Source: an uncultured delta proteobacterium
Lineage (GTDB): Bacteria > Myxococcota > UBA727 > VGSZ01
Direction: 5' to 3'
NCBI GenBank assembly: GCA_963775425.1
Contig: CAVZJB010000016.1
Span: 256,001 to 320,000 of the forward strand
Length of the DNA: 64,000 nucleotides
Position numbers and translations under genes: made by a program. Positions 22,364-34,499 of the stretch are shown here, one piece after another. The notes below the pieces were generated by a model, which had not been told where the DNA came from, ran no database searches, and was given only the letters and a program-made list of their open reading frames with translations. Position 1 is the stretch's first letter, and each line of letters opens with the position of its first letter.

Positions 22364-23218
22364 ATGGGTTTGTTTTCCGGCAAGGTCGTCATCGTCACAG
22401 GCTCGGGCAACGGCATCGGTCGCGCCGAGGCCATGTGGTTCGCCGGCAACGGCGCCCACGTCGTCGTCAACGACGTCGGCGGCCAGCGTGACGGCACCGG
22501 CAAGGACCAGAAGGCGGCGGACGCCGTCGTCGACGAGATCAAGAACGCCGGCGGCAGCGCCGTGGCCACGTACACATCGGTGTCGGACCTCGACGGCGCG
22601 GAGATGATCGTCTGGACGGCGCTCAACAAGTTCAAGCGCGTCGATTGCCTCGTGAACAACGCGGGCATCCTGCGCGACAAGGCCATGCTCAACATGGCCG
22701 TCAGCGAGTGGGACGCCGTGCTCGACGTGCACCTCAAGGGCTCGTTTCTGATGACGCGCGCCTTCGCGCGGGCGGCCAAGCAGCAGGGCGCGGGCGACTA
22801 CGCCATCGTCAACACCACGTCGATGAGCGGGCTCCTCGGCAACTTCGGCCAGGCCAACTACTCGTCGGCCAAGGCCGGCATCTTCGGCCTCACCCGCACC
22901 TCGTCCATCGAGCTGCAGAAGCTCGGCTGCCGCGTGAACGCGGTGGCGCCCGTCGCGCTCACGCGCATGACCGAGGACATCCCCTTGATGAGCGGCGTCT
23001 CCGCGGACCAGATGGGGCCGCAGCACGTCGCCAACGTCGTCGGCTGGCTCGCCAGCGACGTCGCCAAGGACGTCACCGGCCGCATCATGGGCGTCCACGG
23101 CGACAAGGTCTTCGAGTACAAGATGACCCAGTCCGACGGCGTCGACACCGCGCCCAAGGGCGGCTGGACGCCGGAGGCCCTCCAGGAGGCGCTCCCGAAG
23201 ATCGGCGTCCCCGAGTGA
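22364..23218 (+). CDS. SDR-family oxidoreductase (MFE-2/3-hydroxyacyl-CoA dehydrogenase-like)
   Basis: TGSGNGIG, VVVNDVGG, NNAGILRD, GNFGQANYSSAK; GGAGG RBS. Confidence 0.9.
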   Translation: MGLFSGKVVIVTGSGNGIGRAEAMWFAGNGAHVVVNDVGGQRDGTGKDQKAADAVVDEIKNAGGSAVATYTSVSDLDGAEMIVWTALNKFKRVDCLVNNAGILRDKAMLNMAVSEWDAVLDVHLKGSFLMTRAFARAAKQQGAGDYAIVNTTSMSGLLGNFGQANYSSAKAGIFGLTRTSSIELQKLGCRVNAVAPVALTRMTEDIPLMSGVSADQMGPQHVANVVGWLASDVAKDVTGRIMGVHGDKVFEYKMTQSDGVDTAPKGGWTPEALQEALPKIGVPE

Positions 23219-23235
23219 CGTGCTCGTCGCCGTCG

Positions 23236-24069
23236 ATGCGGGCGGCGCGCGCGCTCGCCGGGTGCGCCGCCGCCTGCTGCGCGCTCGCGTGCGCTCCCGA
23301 GGTGCGGACGTACGAGCGCGACCGGCTCGCCATTCATCACTTCCTCGTCGGCATCGGCAACGTCTGGGCCGTCGAGCGCACCGACGGCGCGCCCGGGCTG
23401 GCGCTCGTCGACCTCTCCACCAAGGGCGACGGCGACGCCATCCTCGAGTGCCTCGACGAGATCGGCAGGAAGCCCGAGGACGTCACGCTCGTGTTGCTGA
23501 CGCACGGCCACTTCGACCACGCCGGCGCCGGCGCGCAGATGCAGAAGGCGCTCGACGCGCCCGTCGCGCTCGGCGCCGCCGACCTCGACTTCGTGCAGAG
23601 CGGGGACAGCGTCCCGCCCAGGTCGCTCATCATCGAGGGCGAGCTCGCGCGGCCGTTCCTGGACACGCGCTTCCCGCCGTTCACGCCGGACATCCTCCTC
23701 GACGGCGACGTCCGCCTCGACGACTTCGGCATCCCGGGCCAGGTGCTGTCGGTGCCGGGCCACACCGCGGGCTCCGTCGCGCTGGTGCTCGACACGGGCG
23801 ACGCCTTCGTCGGCGACCTCGTGCGCGGCGTCGACGAAGGCTCCCGCCACGACCCCGCCGGCGATGACGGCCACATGGGCCGCGCGTCGACGCACCTGTA
23901 CTCCGAAGACGTGCGCGCCGACGCCGAGCACCTCGACCGGATCCTCGGCCTCGGCGCCAGGACCTTCTTCCCCGGCCACGGCCCGTACTTCGACGCCGCC
24001 AGCGTGCGCGGCTGGGTCACCGACGAGCTGGGCGCCAAAAACGCCGCGGCGCCGGGCTCTGGTGGCTGA
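23236..24069 (+). CDS. MBL-fold metallo-hydrolase, probable lipoprotein
   Basis: THGHFDHAG, PGHTAGS, GD, PGHG; N-terminal ALAC. Confidence 0.88.
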   Translation: MRAARALAGCAAACCALACAPEVRTYERDRLAIHHFLVGIGNVWAVERTDGAPGLALVDLSTKGDGDAILECLDEIGRKPEDVTLVLLTHGHFDHAGAGAQMQKALDAPVALGAADLDFVQSGDSVPPRSLIIEGELARPFLDTRFPPFTPDILLDGDVRLDDFGIPGQVLSVPGHTAGSVALVLDTGDAFVGDLVRGVDEGSRHDPAGDDGHMGRASTHLYSEDVRADAEHLDRILGLGARTFFPGHGPYFDAASVRGWVTDELGAKNAAAPGSGG

Positions 24070-24093
24070 AGGCCGGCGTCGTACGCCGAGGGC

Positions 24094-25422
24094 CTACGGG
24101 GCGTAGCGCGCGCGCCACCTGCCCTCGAGCTGCGCAGGGGTGACGCCGTAGACGTCGAGGACGGCGTCGTCGAAGCGCTTGCCGTCGTCGATGGCAGAGA
24201 ACAACGCTTTGAACGAGTCCTCGCCGCGCATCTCGGCGAGCATGTCGACGAGGTCGAGGGCGTAGGCGTAGGCGCGAGAGATGCCGTCTTTGCCCTCGAG
24301 CCGGTAGAAGCCGCCGCCGCGGAGCTCGGCGAGGGGCGGCAGGCGCCCGCGGCCACCGCGCATGCGGAGCTGCCCGCTGAACCAGCGCGACTTGTGCTGC
24401 TCCATGTGCTGCGCGATGCCCTCGTTCATCCAGCTCGGCACGCCGTGCGCGAGCGTGTGCACGAGCGCGTGCGTGTACTCGTGGACGAGGAGGTCGCGCA
24501 GCGCGCCGTGCGCGAGGTCCGACGCGCTCTTGCTCACGCGGATCTTGCCGTCGAAGATGCCGCCGCTCCAGTCGGGCGCGGCGATGGTGCCGGTGTACTC
24601 GGCGCCCGTGTAGAACACGACGGTGACCGGCGCGCGCGGCCGCAGCCCGAGGCGCTCACCGAGCTCGTCCCACGCCTCGTCGAGGACGGCGAGGGCTTGC
24701 CTGGCGAGCGCTTCGTCGTCGTCGCCCTCGAAGCGCGCGATGAAGTGCTGCGAGCGCACGCCCGAGAAGCCCTTTTCGAGGCTCTGCCTCTTGCGGATGT
24801 CCGCGAGCCGCGCGGCGTAGCGCGGATCGAGCTCGGCGGCGTCCTGATAGGCGTACAGCGCGTGCACGCCGTCGTTTTGCAGCTCGTACGCCTCGCCCGC
24901 GGCCGCGCGCAGCCCGGCCCGCCAGCTCGTCGGCAGCGACGGCCCGAGCTTGTCGGCGCCGTCCTCGAGCAGCTCGGCGCGCGCCGCGAGGTCGTCGACG
25001 CCGCGGGCGGTCGCCAGCAGCCGCTCGGCCGCGGCGACCGCCTCGTCGTGCGCCGGCGCGGGCCGCGACGCGGTCCCCGCCGTCCCCGCCGACGACGGCG
25101 CGGGCGGCGCGACGACGGGGGATGCCGTAGGAGCGGCCTGCGCCTCCACGGGCACCTCCTCGACGTAGACCTTGCCGTCGACGAGGTGCGTGACCAGCCG
25201 CGTCCGCGGCGCGGCCTCGTGCGCCGCGGACGCGTCCCGCTGCAGTCCGGGCGCGCTGCCGGGCGCGCTGCCGGGCGCGCTGCCGGAGACGCTGCCGGGC
25301 GCGCCGCCGCAGCCCGTGCACGGCGCGTCCGGCGGCGCCGACGGCCGGGCCCGCGGGCGCTCCCGACACCCGATGAGGGCGAGCGCGAGCGCGGCGGCGA
25401 GGAGCGGGAGGCGGATGGCCAT
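24094..25422 (-). CDS. Peptidase MA-family metallopeptidase lipoprotein
   Basis: Lipobox LIGC; PDWSGGIFDGKIR, HEYTH, WMNEGIAQ; TPR-like middle region. Confidence 0.85.
   Translation of the reverse strand: MAIRLPLLAAALALALIGCRERPRARPSAPPDAPCTGCGGAPGSVSGSAPGSAPGSAPGLQRDASAAHEAAPRTRLVTHLVDGKVYVEEVPVEAQAAPTASPVVAPPAPSSAGTAGTASRPAPAHDEAVAAAERLLATARGVDDLAARAELLEDGADKLGPSLPTSWRAGLRAAAGEAYELQNDGVHALYAYQDAAELDPRYAARLADIRKRQSLEKGFSGVRSQHFIARFEGDDDEALARQALAVLDEAWDELGERLGLRPRAPVTVVFYTGAEYTGTIAAPDWSGGIFDGKIRVSKSASDLAHGALRDLLVHEYTHALVHTLAHGVPSWMNEGIAQHMEQHKSRWFSGQLRMRGGRGRLPPLAELRGGGFYRLEGKDGISRAYAYALDLVDMLAEMRGEDSFKALFSAIDDGKRFDDAVLDVYGVTPAQLEGRWRARYAP
25247..25304. repeat. 12-bp tandem repeat encoding a (PGSA)n linker
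   Basis: CCGGGCGCGCTG unit repeated about 4-5 times inside the peptidase gene. Confidence 0.8.
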
Positions 25423-25539
25423 GGCGGGAGCCCATCGTCGCACGAAGGGTCCCACCCGGCACGAAGGGTCCGCGGCCGGCGGCCGCGCACCGCGCAGGCG
25501 GCGTTGGCAGCGGGTGCCGCCCCGGGCTAAAGCGCGGAC

Positions 25540-27498
25540 ATGGCCGACGACATCTTCGCTCCCCCCGCCTCGTTCGCCGCGCGCGCCCGCATCAACCACG
25601 CGACCTGGAAGGCCCACGCAGACGGCGCCGGCCAGAGCGAGGCCGACCGGCTCGCCTATTGGGAGTCCGCCGCCGACGCGCTCGTGTGGCGCTCGCGCTG
25701 GGACAAGGTCCTCGACTGGAGCCCGCCCCACGCGAAGTGGTTCGTCGGCGGCACGCTCAACGCCACCGAGAGCTGCCTCGACCGCCACGCGGGCACGTGG
25801 CGCCGCACCAAGGCCGCCATCATCTGGGAGGGCGAGCCCGGCGACGTCCGCACCATCACCTACGGCCAGCTCCACGACGACGTGTGCCGCTTCGCCGGCG
25901 CGCTGCAGAAGCTTGGCGTCAAGATCGGCGACCGCGTCGCCATCTACATGCCCATGGTCCCGGAGGCCGCCGTCGCCATGCTCGCCTGTGCGCGCATCGG
26001 CGCCACCCACAGCGTCGTCTTCGGCGGCTTCTCCGCGGAGTCTCTGCGCGACCGCATCAACGACGCCGCCTGCAAGCTCGTCATCACCGCCGACGGCGGC
26101 GCGCGCCGCGGGCAGATCGTCCACCTCAAGGACACCGTCGACAAGGCGCTCGAGGGCGGAGCATGCCCGAGCGTCACCCGCGGCGTCGTCGTCCTGAAGC
26201 GCACCGGCCACGACATCACCATGGTCCCCGGCCGCGACGTGTGGTGGCACGACGCCGTCCGCGACGTCACCCCCATGCGCGAGGCCGTCGCCGTCGACGC
26301 CGAGCACCCGCTGTTCATCCTCTACACCTCGGGCACCACGGGGAAGCCCAAGGGTGTCGTGCACTCCACCGGCGGCTACATGGTCCAGGTGGCGCGCACG
26401 GCGCGTTGGGTGTTCGACCTGAAGGACGAGGACATCTACTGGTGCTCCGCCGACGTCGGCTGGATCACCGGGCACAGCTACGTCGTCTACGGCCCGCTCG
26501 CCAACGGCTCGACGGTGTTCATGTACGAAGGCGCACCAACGTACCCCGGCCCCGATCGCTTCTGGGACATGATCGCGCGCCACCACATCTCCATCCTCTA
26601 CACGGCGCCCACCGCCATCCGCACCTTCATGCGCATGGGCGACTCGCACGTCACGCACCACGACTTGTCGTCGCTGCGCCTGCTCGGCACCGTGGGCGAG
26701 CCCATCAACCCCGAGGCCTGGCGCTGGTACCACAAGGTGGTCGGCGGCAGCCGCTGCCCCATCGTCGACACGTGGTGGCAGACGGAGACGGGCGCCATCA
26801 TGTGCTCGCCCCTGCCCGGCTTCACCACCGCCAAGCCCGGGTCGTGCACCACGCCCCTGCCCGGCATCGAGCTCGACGTCGTGCACCAGGACGGCACCGG
26901 CTGCGATGACGACGAGCAGGGCTTCCTCGTCGCCAGGTCGCCGTGGCCGTCGATGATGCGCACCGTGTGGGGCGACGACGAGCGCTTCCGCCAGACCTAC
27001 TGGGTGCAGGTGAAAAACCCCGAGACCGGCGAGCCCTGGTACTTCACGGGCGACGGCGCGCGCCGCGACAAGGACGGCTACATCTGGGTGATCGGCCGCG
27101 TCGACGACGTCGTCAACGTCTCCGGGCATCGCCTGGGCACGGCGGAGGTCGAGAGCGCCCTCGTGCTCCACCCCGCCGTCGCCGAGGCCGCCGTCGTCGG
27201 CCGCCCCGACGAGATCCGCGGCCAGGGCATCGTGGCCTTCGTGACGCTCAAGTCCGATCGCGTCCCGGGGGACTCGCTCATCGAGGAGCTCAAGCGACAC
27301 GTCGCCGGCGAGATCGGCTCCTTCGCGCGACCGGACGACATCCGCTGGGCCAACGCGCTCCCCAAGACCCGCTCCGGCAAGATCATGCGCCGCTTGCTGC
27401 GCGAGCTGGCGACGCAGGGCCGCGTCACGGGCGACATGACCTCGCTCGAGGACCTCTCCGTGATCGCGGCCCTGCGAGGCAACCAAGAGGAAGCCTGA
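25540..27498 (+). CDS. acs: Acetyl-CoA synthetase
   Basis: [58 protein letters not shown]. Confidence 0.96.
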   Translation: MADDIFAPPASFAARARINHATWKAHADGAGQSEADRLAYWESAADALVWRSRWDKVLDWSPPHAKWFVGGTLNATESCLDRHAGTWRRTKAAIIWEGEPGDVRTITYGQLHDDVCRFAGALQKLGVKIGDRVAIYMPMVPEAAVAMLACARIGATHSVVFGGFSAESLRDRINDAACKLVITADGGARRGQIVHLKDTVDKALEGGACPSVTRGVVVLKRTGHDITMVPGRDVWWHDAVRDVTPMREAVAVDAEHPLFILYTSGTTGKPKGVVHSTGGYMVQVARTARWVFDLKDEDIYWCSADVGWITGHSYVVYGPLANGSTVFMYEGAPTYPGPDRFWDMIARHHISILYTAPTAIRTFMRMGDSHVTHHDLSSLRLLGTVGEPINPEAWRWYHKVVGGSRCPIVDTWWQTETGAIMCSPLPGFTTAKPGSCTTPLPGIELDVVHQDGTGCDDDEQGFLVARSPWPSMMRTVWGDDERFRQTYWVQVKNPETGEPWYFTGDGARRDKDGYIWVIGRVDDVVNVSGHRLGTAEVESALVLHPAVAEAAVVGRPDEIRGQGIVAFVTLKSDRVPGDSLIEELKRHVAGEIGSFARPDDIRWANALPKTRSGKIMRRLLRELATQGRVTGDMTSLEDLSVIAALRGNQEEA

Positions 27499-27581
27499 GC
27501 GCCGCTCGCGCGTTCCAAACAAGGCCGTCGATCACCATGGCCGCAGGAGGCGGGGCACCGTACGTCTGCGGCGAGGTGCTC

Positions 27582-28565
27582 GTGGAGTCCATCGGGTCGC
27601 CCGCGTTGTGGGCCGGGTTCGTCGCGCTCGTCGTGGCCTTGCTCGCCGTGGATCTCGCGCTCCACCGGCGGCCGCACGCCGTCAGCGTGCGCGAGGCGGC
27701 CGTGTGGAGCGCGGTGTGGATCGCGCTGGGGCTCGCGTTCGGCGTCGGCGTCACCGTCTGGAAAGGCGCCGACACGGGGCTCGCATACTTCGCGGGCTAC
27801 CTCGTCGAGAAGTCGCTCTCCGTCGACAACATCTTCGTGTTCGTGGTGCTGTTCGCCGCGTTCGGCATCCCGCAGCCGCTGCAGCACGGCGTGTTGTTCT
27901 GGGGCGTCCTCGGGGCGCTCCTGATGCGCGCGGGCATGATCCTCGGCGCCGCCGAGCTGCTCCAGCACTTCCACTGGGCCGTCATCCCCCTCGGCATCTT
28001 CCTCGTCTTCACCGGCGTCCGCATGGTGCTCGCCAAGGGCGAGATGCACCCCGAGCGCGGCCGCGCCTTCCGCTTCCTCACGGCGAGGCTGCCGACGTCG
28101 GAGAAGCTCGACGGCAAACGCTTCTTCACGATCGAAAACGGCAAGCGCCTCGCCACCCCGCTGTTCCTCGCGCTCGTCGCCATCGAGCTCACCGACGTCG
28201 TCTTCGCCGTCGACAGCGTGCCGGCCGTCTTCGCCGTCACCGACGACCCGTTCATCGTGTTCACGTCGAACATCTTCGCCCTGCTCGGGCTTCGCTCTTT
28301 GTACTTCGTGCTGTCGGGCGCGCTCGTGAAGCTGCGCTTCTTGAAGGTCGGCTTGTCGCTCGTGTTGATCTTCGTCGGCTCGAAGATGGCGCTCGCCACC
28401 GTCCTCGACGTGTCCGTGGGCGTCTCGCTCGCCGTCATCGCCGCGCTCATCGGCGGCTCCATCGCGGCGTCGCTGCTGCCCCGCCGCTCACGCGCCGATG
28501 GCGGCGACCTCGGCCGCGGCGCGCGCGAGGGCGGCCCGGGCGCGCGCGCGCCGCAGCACCCATAG
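27582..28565 (+). CDS. TerC/Alx-family membrane protein
   Basis: YLVEKSLSVDNIFVF, VLFWGVLGAL, IELTDVVFAVDSVPAVFAVT, TSNIFALLGLRSLYF. Confidence 0.93.
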   Translation: MESIGSPALWAGFVALVVALLAVDLALHRRPHAVSVREAAVWSAVWIALGLAFGVGVTVWKGADTGLAYFAGYLVEKSLSVDNIFVFVVLFAAFGIPQPLQHGVLFWGVLGALLMRAGMILGAAELLQHFHWAVIPLGIFLVFTGVRMVLAKGEMHPERGRAFRFLTARLPTSEKLDGKRFFTIENGKRLATPLFLALVAIELTDVVFAVDSVPAVFAVTDDPFIVFTSNIFALLGLRSLYFVLSGALVKLRFLKVGLSLVLIFVGSKMALATVLDVSVGVSLAVIAALIGGSIAASLLPRRSRADGGDLGRGAREGGPGARAPQHP

Positions 28566-28937
28566 CGGCCCCATGGTGAGGACAGCCGCGGCGAAGGCCA
28601 CGGCGACGACCGCGCCGGAGATGGTGTCGTCGGGCTTTCGCGCATCACCGAGCATGTCGAGGACCGTGATGAAAAAGACCGGCATCACCGCGCCGGCGAA
28701 GACCCACGCGCGGCCGTCGTTGGCGTGGTCGACGCGCATGCGCACCGTGGTCGCGCCAGCGCGCGTGATGACCCAGGCCTCGCGCGGCTTCTCCGGTGGC
28801 GGCGGCTCCGCCGGCGACACCAGCTCGTGGACGCGCGCCCGGAGCGGGGCGAGCGAGGCGCGGACCTTCTCGCGCTCGCCGTCGTCGAGCTCTCGAGGGA
28901 GCTCGACGATCCGCTCGCTCGCGAACAGCCCGCTCAT
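28488..28937 (-). CDS. Hypothetical two-TM membrane protein
   Basis: ATG overlaps upstream stop (ATGA); two hydrophobic helices. Confidence 0.6.
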   Translation of the reverse strand: MSGLFASERIVELPRELDDGEREKVRASLAPLRARVHELVSPAEPPPPEKPREAWVITRAGATTVRMRVDHANDGRAWVFAGAVMPVFFITVLDMLGDARKPDDTISGAVVAVAFAAAVLTMGPLWVLRRARARAALARAAAEVAAIGA

Positions 28938-29293
28938 TGCGACAGCGATTGATCCGTCTGCGCGAACGTGGCGCCCTGCAGCGTCGCCCCGCGGCACTCG
29001 TCGAGGCAGGTCTGCGTGGTGCACAGCTCGTCGACGACGTGGATCGGGTGGGCGCCGCCGGGGTCGCTGATGGCGTCGGCGGCCTCCTGGTTGCACTGCT
29101 CGGCCTCACCGGCGCTGTCGGCGGTGGCGTCGGGCAGGCAGTTGGTGGACGAATCCACCGCCTGCGCGTCGTTGATGGGCGAGCGCTGGTCCAGGCACGT
29201 GCAGCACAGCGCGAAGTCGCCGGTGGCGTCGCTGAGGCACCCCGCGAGCGCGCCGAGCGCGACGGTGGCGGCGAGCAGGGTGGCCCGGCGCAT
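28934..29293 (-). CDS. Cys-rich small lipoprotein
   Basis: MRRATLLAATVALGALAGC lipobox; CCTC plus five further Cys. Confidence 0.75.
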   Translation of the reverse strand: MRRATLLAATVALGALAGCLSDATGDFALCCTCLDQRSPINDAQAVDSSTNCLPDATADSAGEAEQCNQEAADAISDPGGAHPIHVVDELCTTQTCLDECRGATLQGATFAQTDQSLSQ

Positions 29294-29861
29294 CACTTGG
29301 ACCCGTTGGAGCCGTCGGACCCGTTGGAGCCGCCGGGCCCGTTGACGTCGACGTGCAGCTTGTTGTCGCCGACGTGCACGTGGACGTCCACGCCGCCGCC
29401 GGACGCGAGCAGCGTGGGTCCCGTCCAGCAGCGCGAGCCCTCCTTGCCCGGCAGCGACCAGCCCGTCTCGCCGTCCTTCTTGCACCTGGACATCTCGACG
29501 GTGCCTTTGAACGGCGCCTTCTCGAGCGTCTTGTACTTCTTGCCGATGAGCGGCAGGCCGGAGGCGCAGTCGTCGGTCAGGCGGAAGACGGCGTCGACGT
29601 CCGCGACCCAGACCTCGCCTTTGATCTTCCAGTGCCCGTTCGACACCTTCCACTGCTCGACCATGGCCTTCTCGGCGCAGGTGTGGTCCCACGCGTCGCG
29701 CGCGACCCACTGCATGCGCTGATCGCTCGGGGGCCCGTCGCAGCCGGCCGCCACCAGGAGCGACACGACGGCGGCGAGGCCGGCGCCGGCGCGGGCCCAG
29801 GCGGGCGCCCGGCCGGGGATCAGGCGCGCGCGCGCTCCGCGTGGCTTCGTGCTCGCTGGGC

Positions 29862-29877
<16 letters not shown>
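29293..29877 (-). CDS. Hypothetical lipoprotein
   Basis: VVSLLVAAGC lipobox; beta-rich domain; GSNGSDGSNGSK tail. Confidence 0.7.
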
Positions 29878-31409
<1,532 letters not shown>

Positions 31410-31489
31410 CGCGGGCAGCGTAGCAAGAACCCCGTCGCCACGCTTGGTGTCCTGTGTCGCCGGCACCCACACCCCCGGGGGGAGAAACC

Positions 31490-32164
31490 ATGCGCAAGGT
31501 CGTCATCTTCGCCATCGTCGGCGCCGCCCTCACCCTGGTGATGCTCGTGTCGCGCCGGCCGCTGGCGCCGGGCTCGGTGGCGACGACGACGGCACCTACG
31601 CCGACGACGGCACCGACGCCGCCGACGGCACCGCCGCCGCCGCCGCTGACGACGACGACGGCGCCGAGCGCGAGCGGTCCGCCCCCGGCCGCGCCTGCGA
31701 CGCCCGCAGCCGCCCCGCAGGCCCCCGGCGACGCCGACGACGGCGGTCCCCCGCGGCAGGCCCGTCCGCTGCCGGCGCGCGGCCTCGTCCTCGTCGACGG
31801 AGAGCCGAGCCGGAGCCCCGGCCACGACGACGGCGCGGGCGCCACGCTCGACAAGACGGCCATCCAAAGCGCCATCCGCGCGGTCACGCCCAAGGTCAAG
31901 GCCTGCTACGACAGCGCGCTCGAACAGGACCCGAGCCTCGCCGGGAGGATCGTGGTGCACTTCCGCATCGAAGCCGTGGACGGCGGCGGCGCGGTGACGT
32001 CGGGCGAAGTGCCGGACACAGAGATGGCGTCCCCCTTCTTCGAGGCGTGCGTGCTCCAGGAGATCGCGGGCACGCCCTTCGACGCGCCGGCGGGCGGCGG
32101 CGCCGTCGACGTCAGCTATCCGTTCCGCTTCGAAAACGACGCCGACGCCGGGACCGCGCCGTAA
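31490..32164 (+). CDS. AgmX/PglI C-terminal (TonB-C-like) domain protein with Pro/Thr-rich linker
   Basis: N-terminal TM, PT-rich linker, IQSAIRA...KACYDSALEQDPSLAGRIVVHFRI, ACV, VSYPFRF. Confidence 0.85.
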   Translation: MRKVVIFAIVGAALTLVMLVSRRPLAPGSVATTTAPTPTTAPTPPTAPPPPPLTTTTAPSASGPPPAAPATPAAAPQAPGDADDGGPPRQARPLPARGLVLVDGEPSRSPGHDDGAGATLDKTAIQSAIRAVTPKVKACYDSALEQDPSLAGRIVVHFRIEAVDGGGAVTSGEVPDTEMASPFFEACVLQEIAGTPFDAPAGGGAVDVSYPFRFENDADAGTAP

Positions 32165-32203
32165 GCGCGGGGCGCTCCCGGCGGCGCTCGCGCTTACGGC
32201 GCG
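32155..32203. terminator. Perfect 15-bp inverted repeat at the gene end (putative terminator or stem-loop)
   Basis: CGCGCCGTAAGCGCG (32155-32169) / CGCGCTTACGGCGCG (32189-32203); no U-tract. Confidence 0.55.
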
Positions 32204-32476
32204 CTCCCGGCGGCGCTCGCGCGGGTGCGCAAGGCGTGCGCGTCCCTGCCCGGCGCCGGGGAGCGCGTCAGCCACAAAGCGCCGCTCCCCCCGGCCGAGG
32301 TGACGCGCGTCGAGGCTGATCCCGCGCGCTTCTCCCCGCCCGGCGTCGCGCGCGCCGCCCGAGAGGAAGGCACGCACACGGCGCGGATGCTCGCGCGACG
32401 TGCGTTTCGCTCGCGCCGCCGCGCGCGTCGGCACATGGGCGGCGGCGCGCGCCGCGATCCCCCGCGCGCGCCGCCG

Positions 32477-32492
32477 GGGCACAGGGCTTGAA
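32477..32492 (+). promoter_or_regulatory. Possible sigma54-type -24/-12 promoter
   Basis: GGGCAC-AGGGC-TTGAA versus consensus TGGCAC-N5-TTGC; 12 nt upstream of ATG 32505. Confidence 0.35.
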
Positions 32493-32504
32493 GCAGCCCC
32501 GGCC

Positions 32505-33614
32505 ATGAACACACATGTCCTCGCCGCGTCCACGGCGCTCCTCATGTCGTTGCCCGCTGCCGCCGACGTGCGCTCGAGCCAGAGCGTCATCGTCGACAGC
32601 GGCGAAACCGTGCGGGGCAACCTCTACGCCGCCGCCGGCAGCGTCATCGTGCACGGCGACGTCGAGGGCGACCTCGTGGCCACGGGCGGGACCATCGTCG
32701 TCGACGGCGACGTCCACGGCGACGTCCTCGCGTTCGGAGGCCAGATCACGATCTCCGGCGACGTCGGCGGCGCCGTCCGCGCCGTCGGCGGCCAGATCGC
32801 GCTGCTGGGCGCGGTGGGCGGCGACGCCGCTGCCGCCGGCGGCGAGGTCACCATCGAGGGCCGGGTGGGCGGAGACGCCCTCGTCGCCGGCGGCACCAGC
32901 CACCTGGTCGGCGCCGTCGACGGGCGCGTCTACGTCGCGGGCGGCGAGATGGACGTCGAGGGCCCCGTGGGGCGCGGCGTGCTCGCGCGCGGCCAGCTCC
33001 TCACCCTCGGGCCCGGCGCGCGCGTCACGGGCGATATCGACGCCACCACCGCGCGGGACATCGAGCGCGCGCCCGGCGCCGTGGTGGGCGGCGAGGTGCA
33101 TCGCGTGCCGCTCGAGGCGCCTGCGCGCTCCGCCGCGGGCGCGGTGTTCGCCTGGATGCAACTGCTCTTCGGCTCGATGATCCTCGGCCTCCTGTGGCTC
33201 TTCGTGTTCCGCAACTTCGCCCAGCGCTCCGTCGGCGTCCTGCGCGAGCAGCCGATCCGCTGTCTCGGGCTCGGCGCCGTCGCCTTCTTCGGCGCGCCCC
33301 TGGTGCTCGCCTTCGTGCTCGCCGCCGGCGTCCTCATCGGCGGCTGGTGGCTCGCGTTCATGGGGGCGTCCGTCTACTCCATCGCCGTCGCGCTCACGTT
33401 CCCGCTCGTCGCGCTCCTGCTCGGCCGGCTCGCGTTCCACGCCCTGAAGATCTCCGCGGGCGCGGACTGGCTGCCGATGATCCTCGCGCTCTTCGTGCTG
33501 CTCCTCGTGGCCGCCATCCCCGTCGTGGGCGTGCTCGTCGCGCTCGCGACCATCGTGTTCGGGCTCGGCGCCATCTCCATCGCGTTGGCGGGCACCTTGG
33601 CGCGCACGCGCTGA
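32505..33614 (+). CDS. Bactofilin-like (polymer-forming) beta-helix protein with C-terminal membrane domain
   Basis: Signal peptide; repeated VxGD(V/L)xAxGGxIxIxG units; about 5 TM helices. Confidence 0.85.
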   Translation: MNTHVLAASTALLMSLPAAADVRSSQSVIVDSGETVRGNLYAAAGSVIVHGDVEGDLVATGGTIVVDGDVHGDVLAFGGQITISGDVGGAVRAVGGQIALLGAVGGDAAAAGGEVTIEGRVGGDALVAGGTSHLVGAVDGRVYVAGGEMDVEGPVGRGVLARGQLLTLGPGARVTGDIDATTARDIERAPGAVVGGEVHRVPLEAPARSAAGAVFAWMQLLFGSMILGLLWLFVFRNFAQRSVGVLREQPIRCLGLGAVAFFGAPLVLAFVLAAGVLIGGWWLAFMGASVYSIAVALTFPLVALLLGRLAFHALKISAGADWLPMILALFVLLLVAAIPVVGVLVALATIVFGLGAISIALAGTLARTR

Positions 33615-33654
33615 GTGGTGACCGCGCCCCGCTCGCCCGCGACGCTCGCGGCAC

Positions 33655-34446
33655 CTATCGGTGTTTCCAGGGCGCGGCGACGCCGAGGACGTTCGGGATC
33701 GGCCACTGCGCGCGGTTGTCGTCGGACTCGCGAAAGCCGGTCTCGTAGCTGCCGCAGAGGTCGAGGTCGACGCCGGGGACGTGGATGGAGAGGCTGGCCT
33801 CGGGGCCGCCCTCCATGTGCATCGCGCGCACGACGCCGAGCCCCGACGCGAGGACGCGCGCGTTCCACTGGGCCATCGAAAACGGCGCGCGGGAAAACAG
33901 GAACAGCACGCGGCCCTCGCCGTCGACGGCGACGGCGGCCTCGCTCCACTTGCGGCCGTTCTCGCTCCACACACCCTTGCCGGCGCCGATGAGCCGGAGG
34001 TTCTGAACGACGACGGGCGCGCCGTCGAACGAGGGGCAGCGCGCGCCGCAGTCGGCCATCGTGGCGGACTTGTCGTCGACGGCGAGGACGCTCTTGTACG
34101 CGCGCTTCCAGGCTGGCTGGAGCACGCGGCCGCCGGCGCGGAAGTAGCCCTCGTGGCTGGACATGTCCTCGAGGGCGAACATGCCGGCGTTGATGACGAC
34201 GGAGAGGTGCTTGTCCTTCGCCCACTGCCCGGCGGTGCGGCTCCTCCCGTCCTCTGCGGCGGCGGCGGCGGCGACGACGTGGGCGACCGCGGGATCGATG
34301 CGGACCGCGTGGAGCATCTCGCCAGCGCCGATGTCGACGACGGCGAGCTCGACGCCGGGGGCGATGACCCGGAACGCGGGCGTTCGCTCGTGGGCCGCCG
34401 CCGGAGGCGCCGTGGCGATGGCCGCGAGGAGGGCGAGGGCGAGCAT
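33655..34446 (-). CDS. Phosphodiester glycosidase (NAGPA-like) family secreted protein
   Basis: Signal peptide; LHAVRIDP, VINAGMF, AMHMEGGPEA, IPNVLGV. Confidence 0.75.
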   Translation of the reverse strand: MLALALLAAIATAPPAAAHERTPAFRVIAPGVELAVVDIGAGEMLHAVRIDPAVAHVVAAAAAAEDGRSRTAGQWAKDKHLSVVINAGMFALEDMSSHEGYFRAGGRVLQPAWKRAYKSVLAVDDKSATMADCGARCPSFDGAPVVVQNLRLIGAGKGVWSENGRKWSEAAVAVDGEGRVLFLFSRAPFSMAQWNARVLASGLGVVRAMHMEGGPEASLSIHVPGVDLDLCGSYETGFRESDDNRAQWPIPNVLGVAAPWKHR

Positions 34447-34499
34447 GTCCAGGAGACACGCGGGCGGCGCCGCTTGTTCCCGGCCGGCGCGCGCCGACG

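Noticed and set aside
25423-27522. N-terminal extension of the 1142-aa minus-strand ORF (apparent fusion)
   Set aside because: Antisense to acs; the real peptidase starts at the lipoprotein signal at 25422
27499-27581. yybP-ykoY (Mn) riboswitch expected upstream of TerC/Alx genes
   Set aside because: Gap is only about 80 nt and I could not recognise the conserved motifs; an Infernal scan would be decisive
28488-28565. 78-bp convergent overlap of terC and a hypothetical gene as an antisense control
   Set aside because: Both tails are low-complexity run-ons, common in high-GC genomes; no further support
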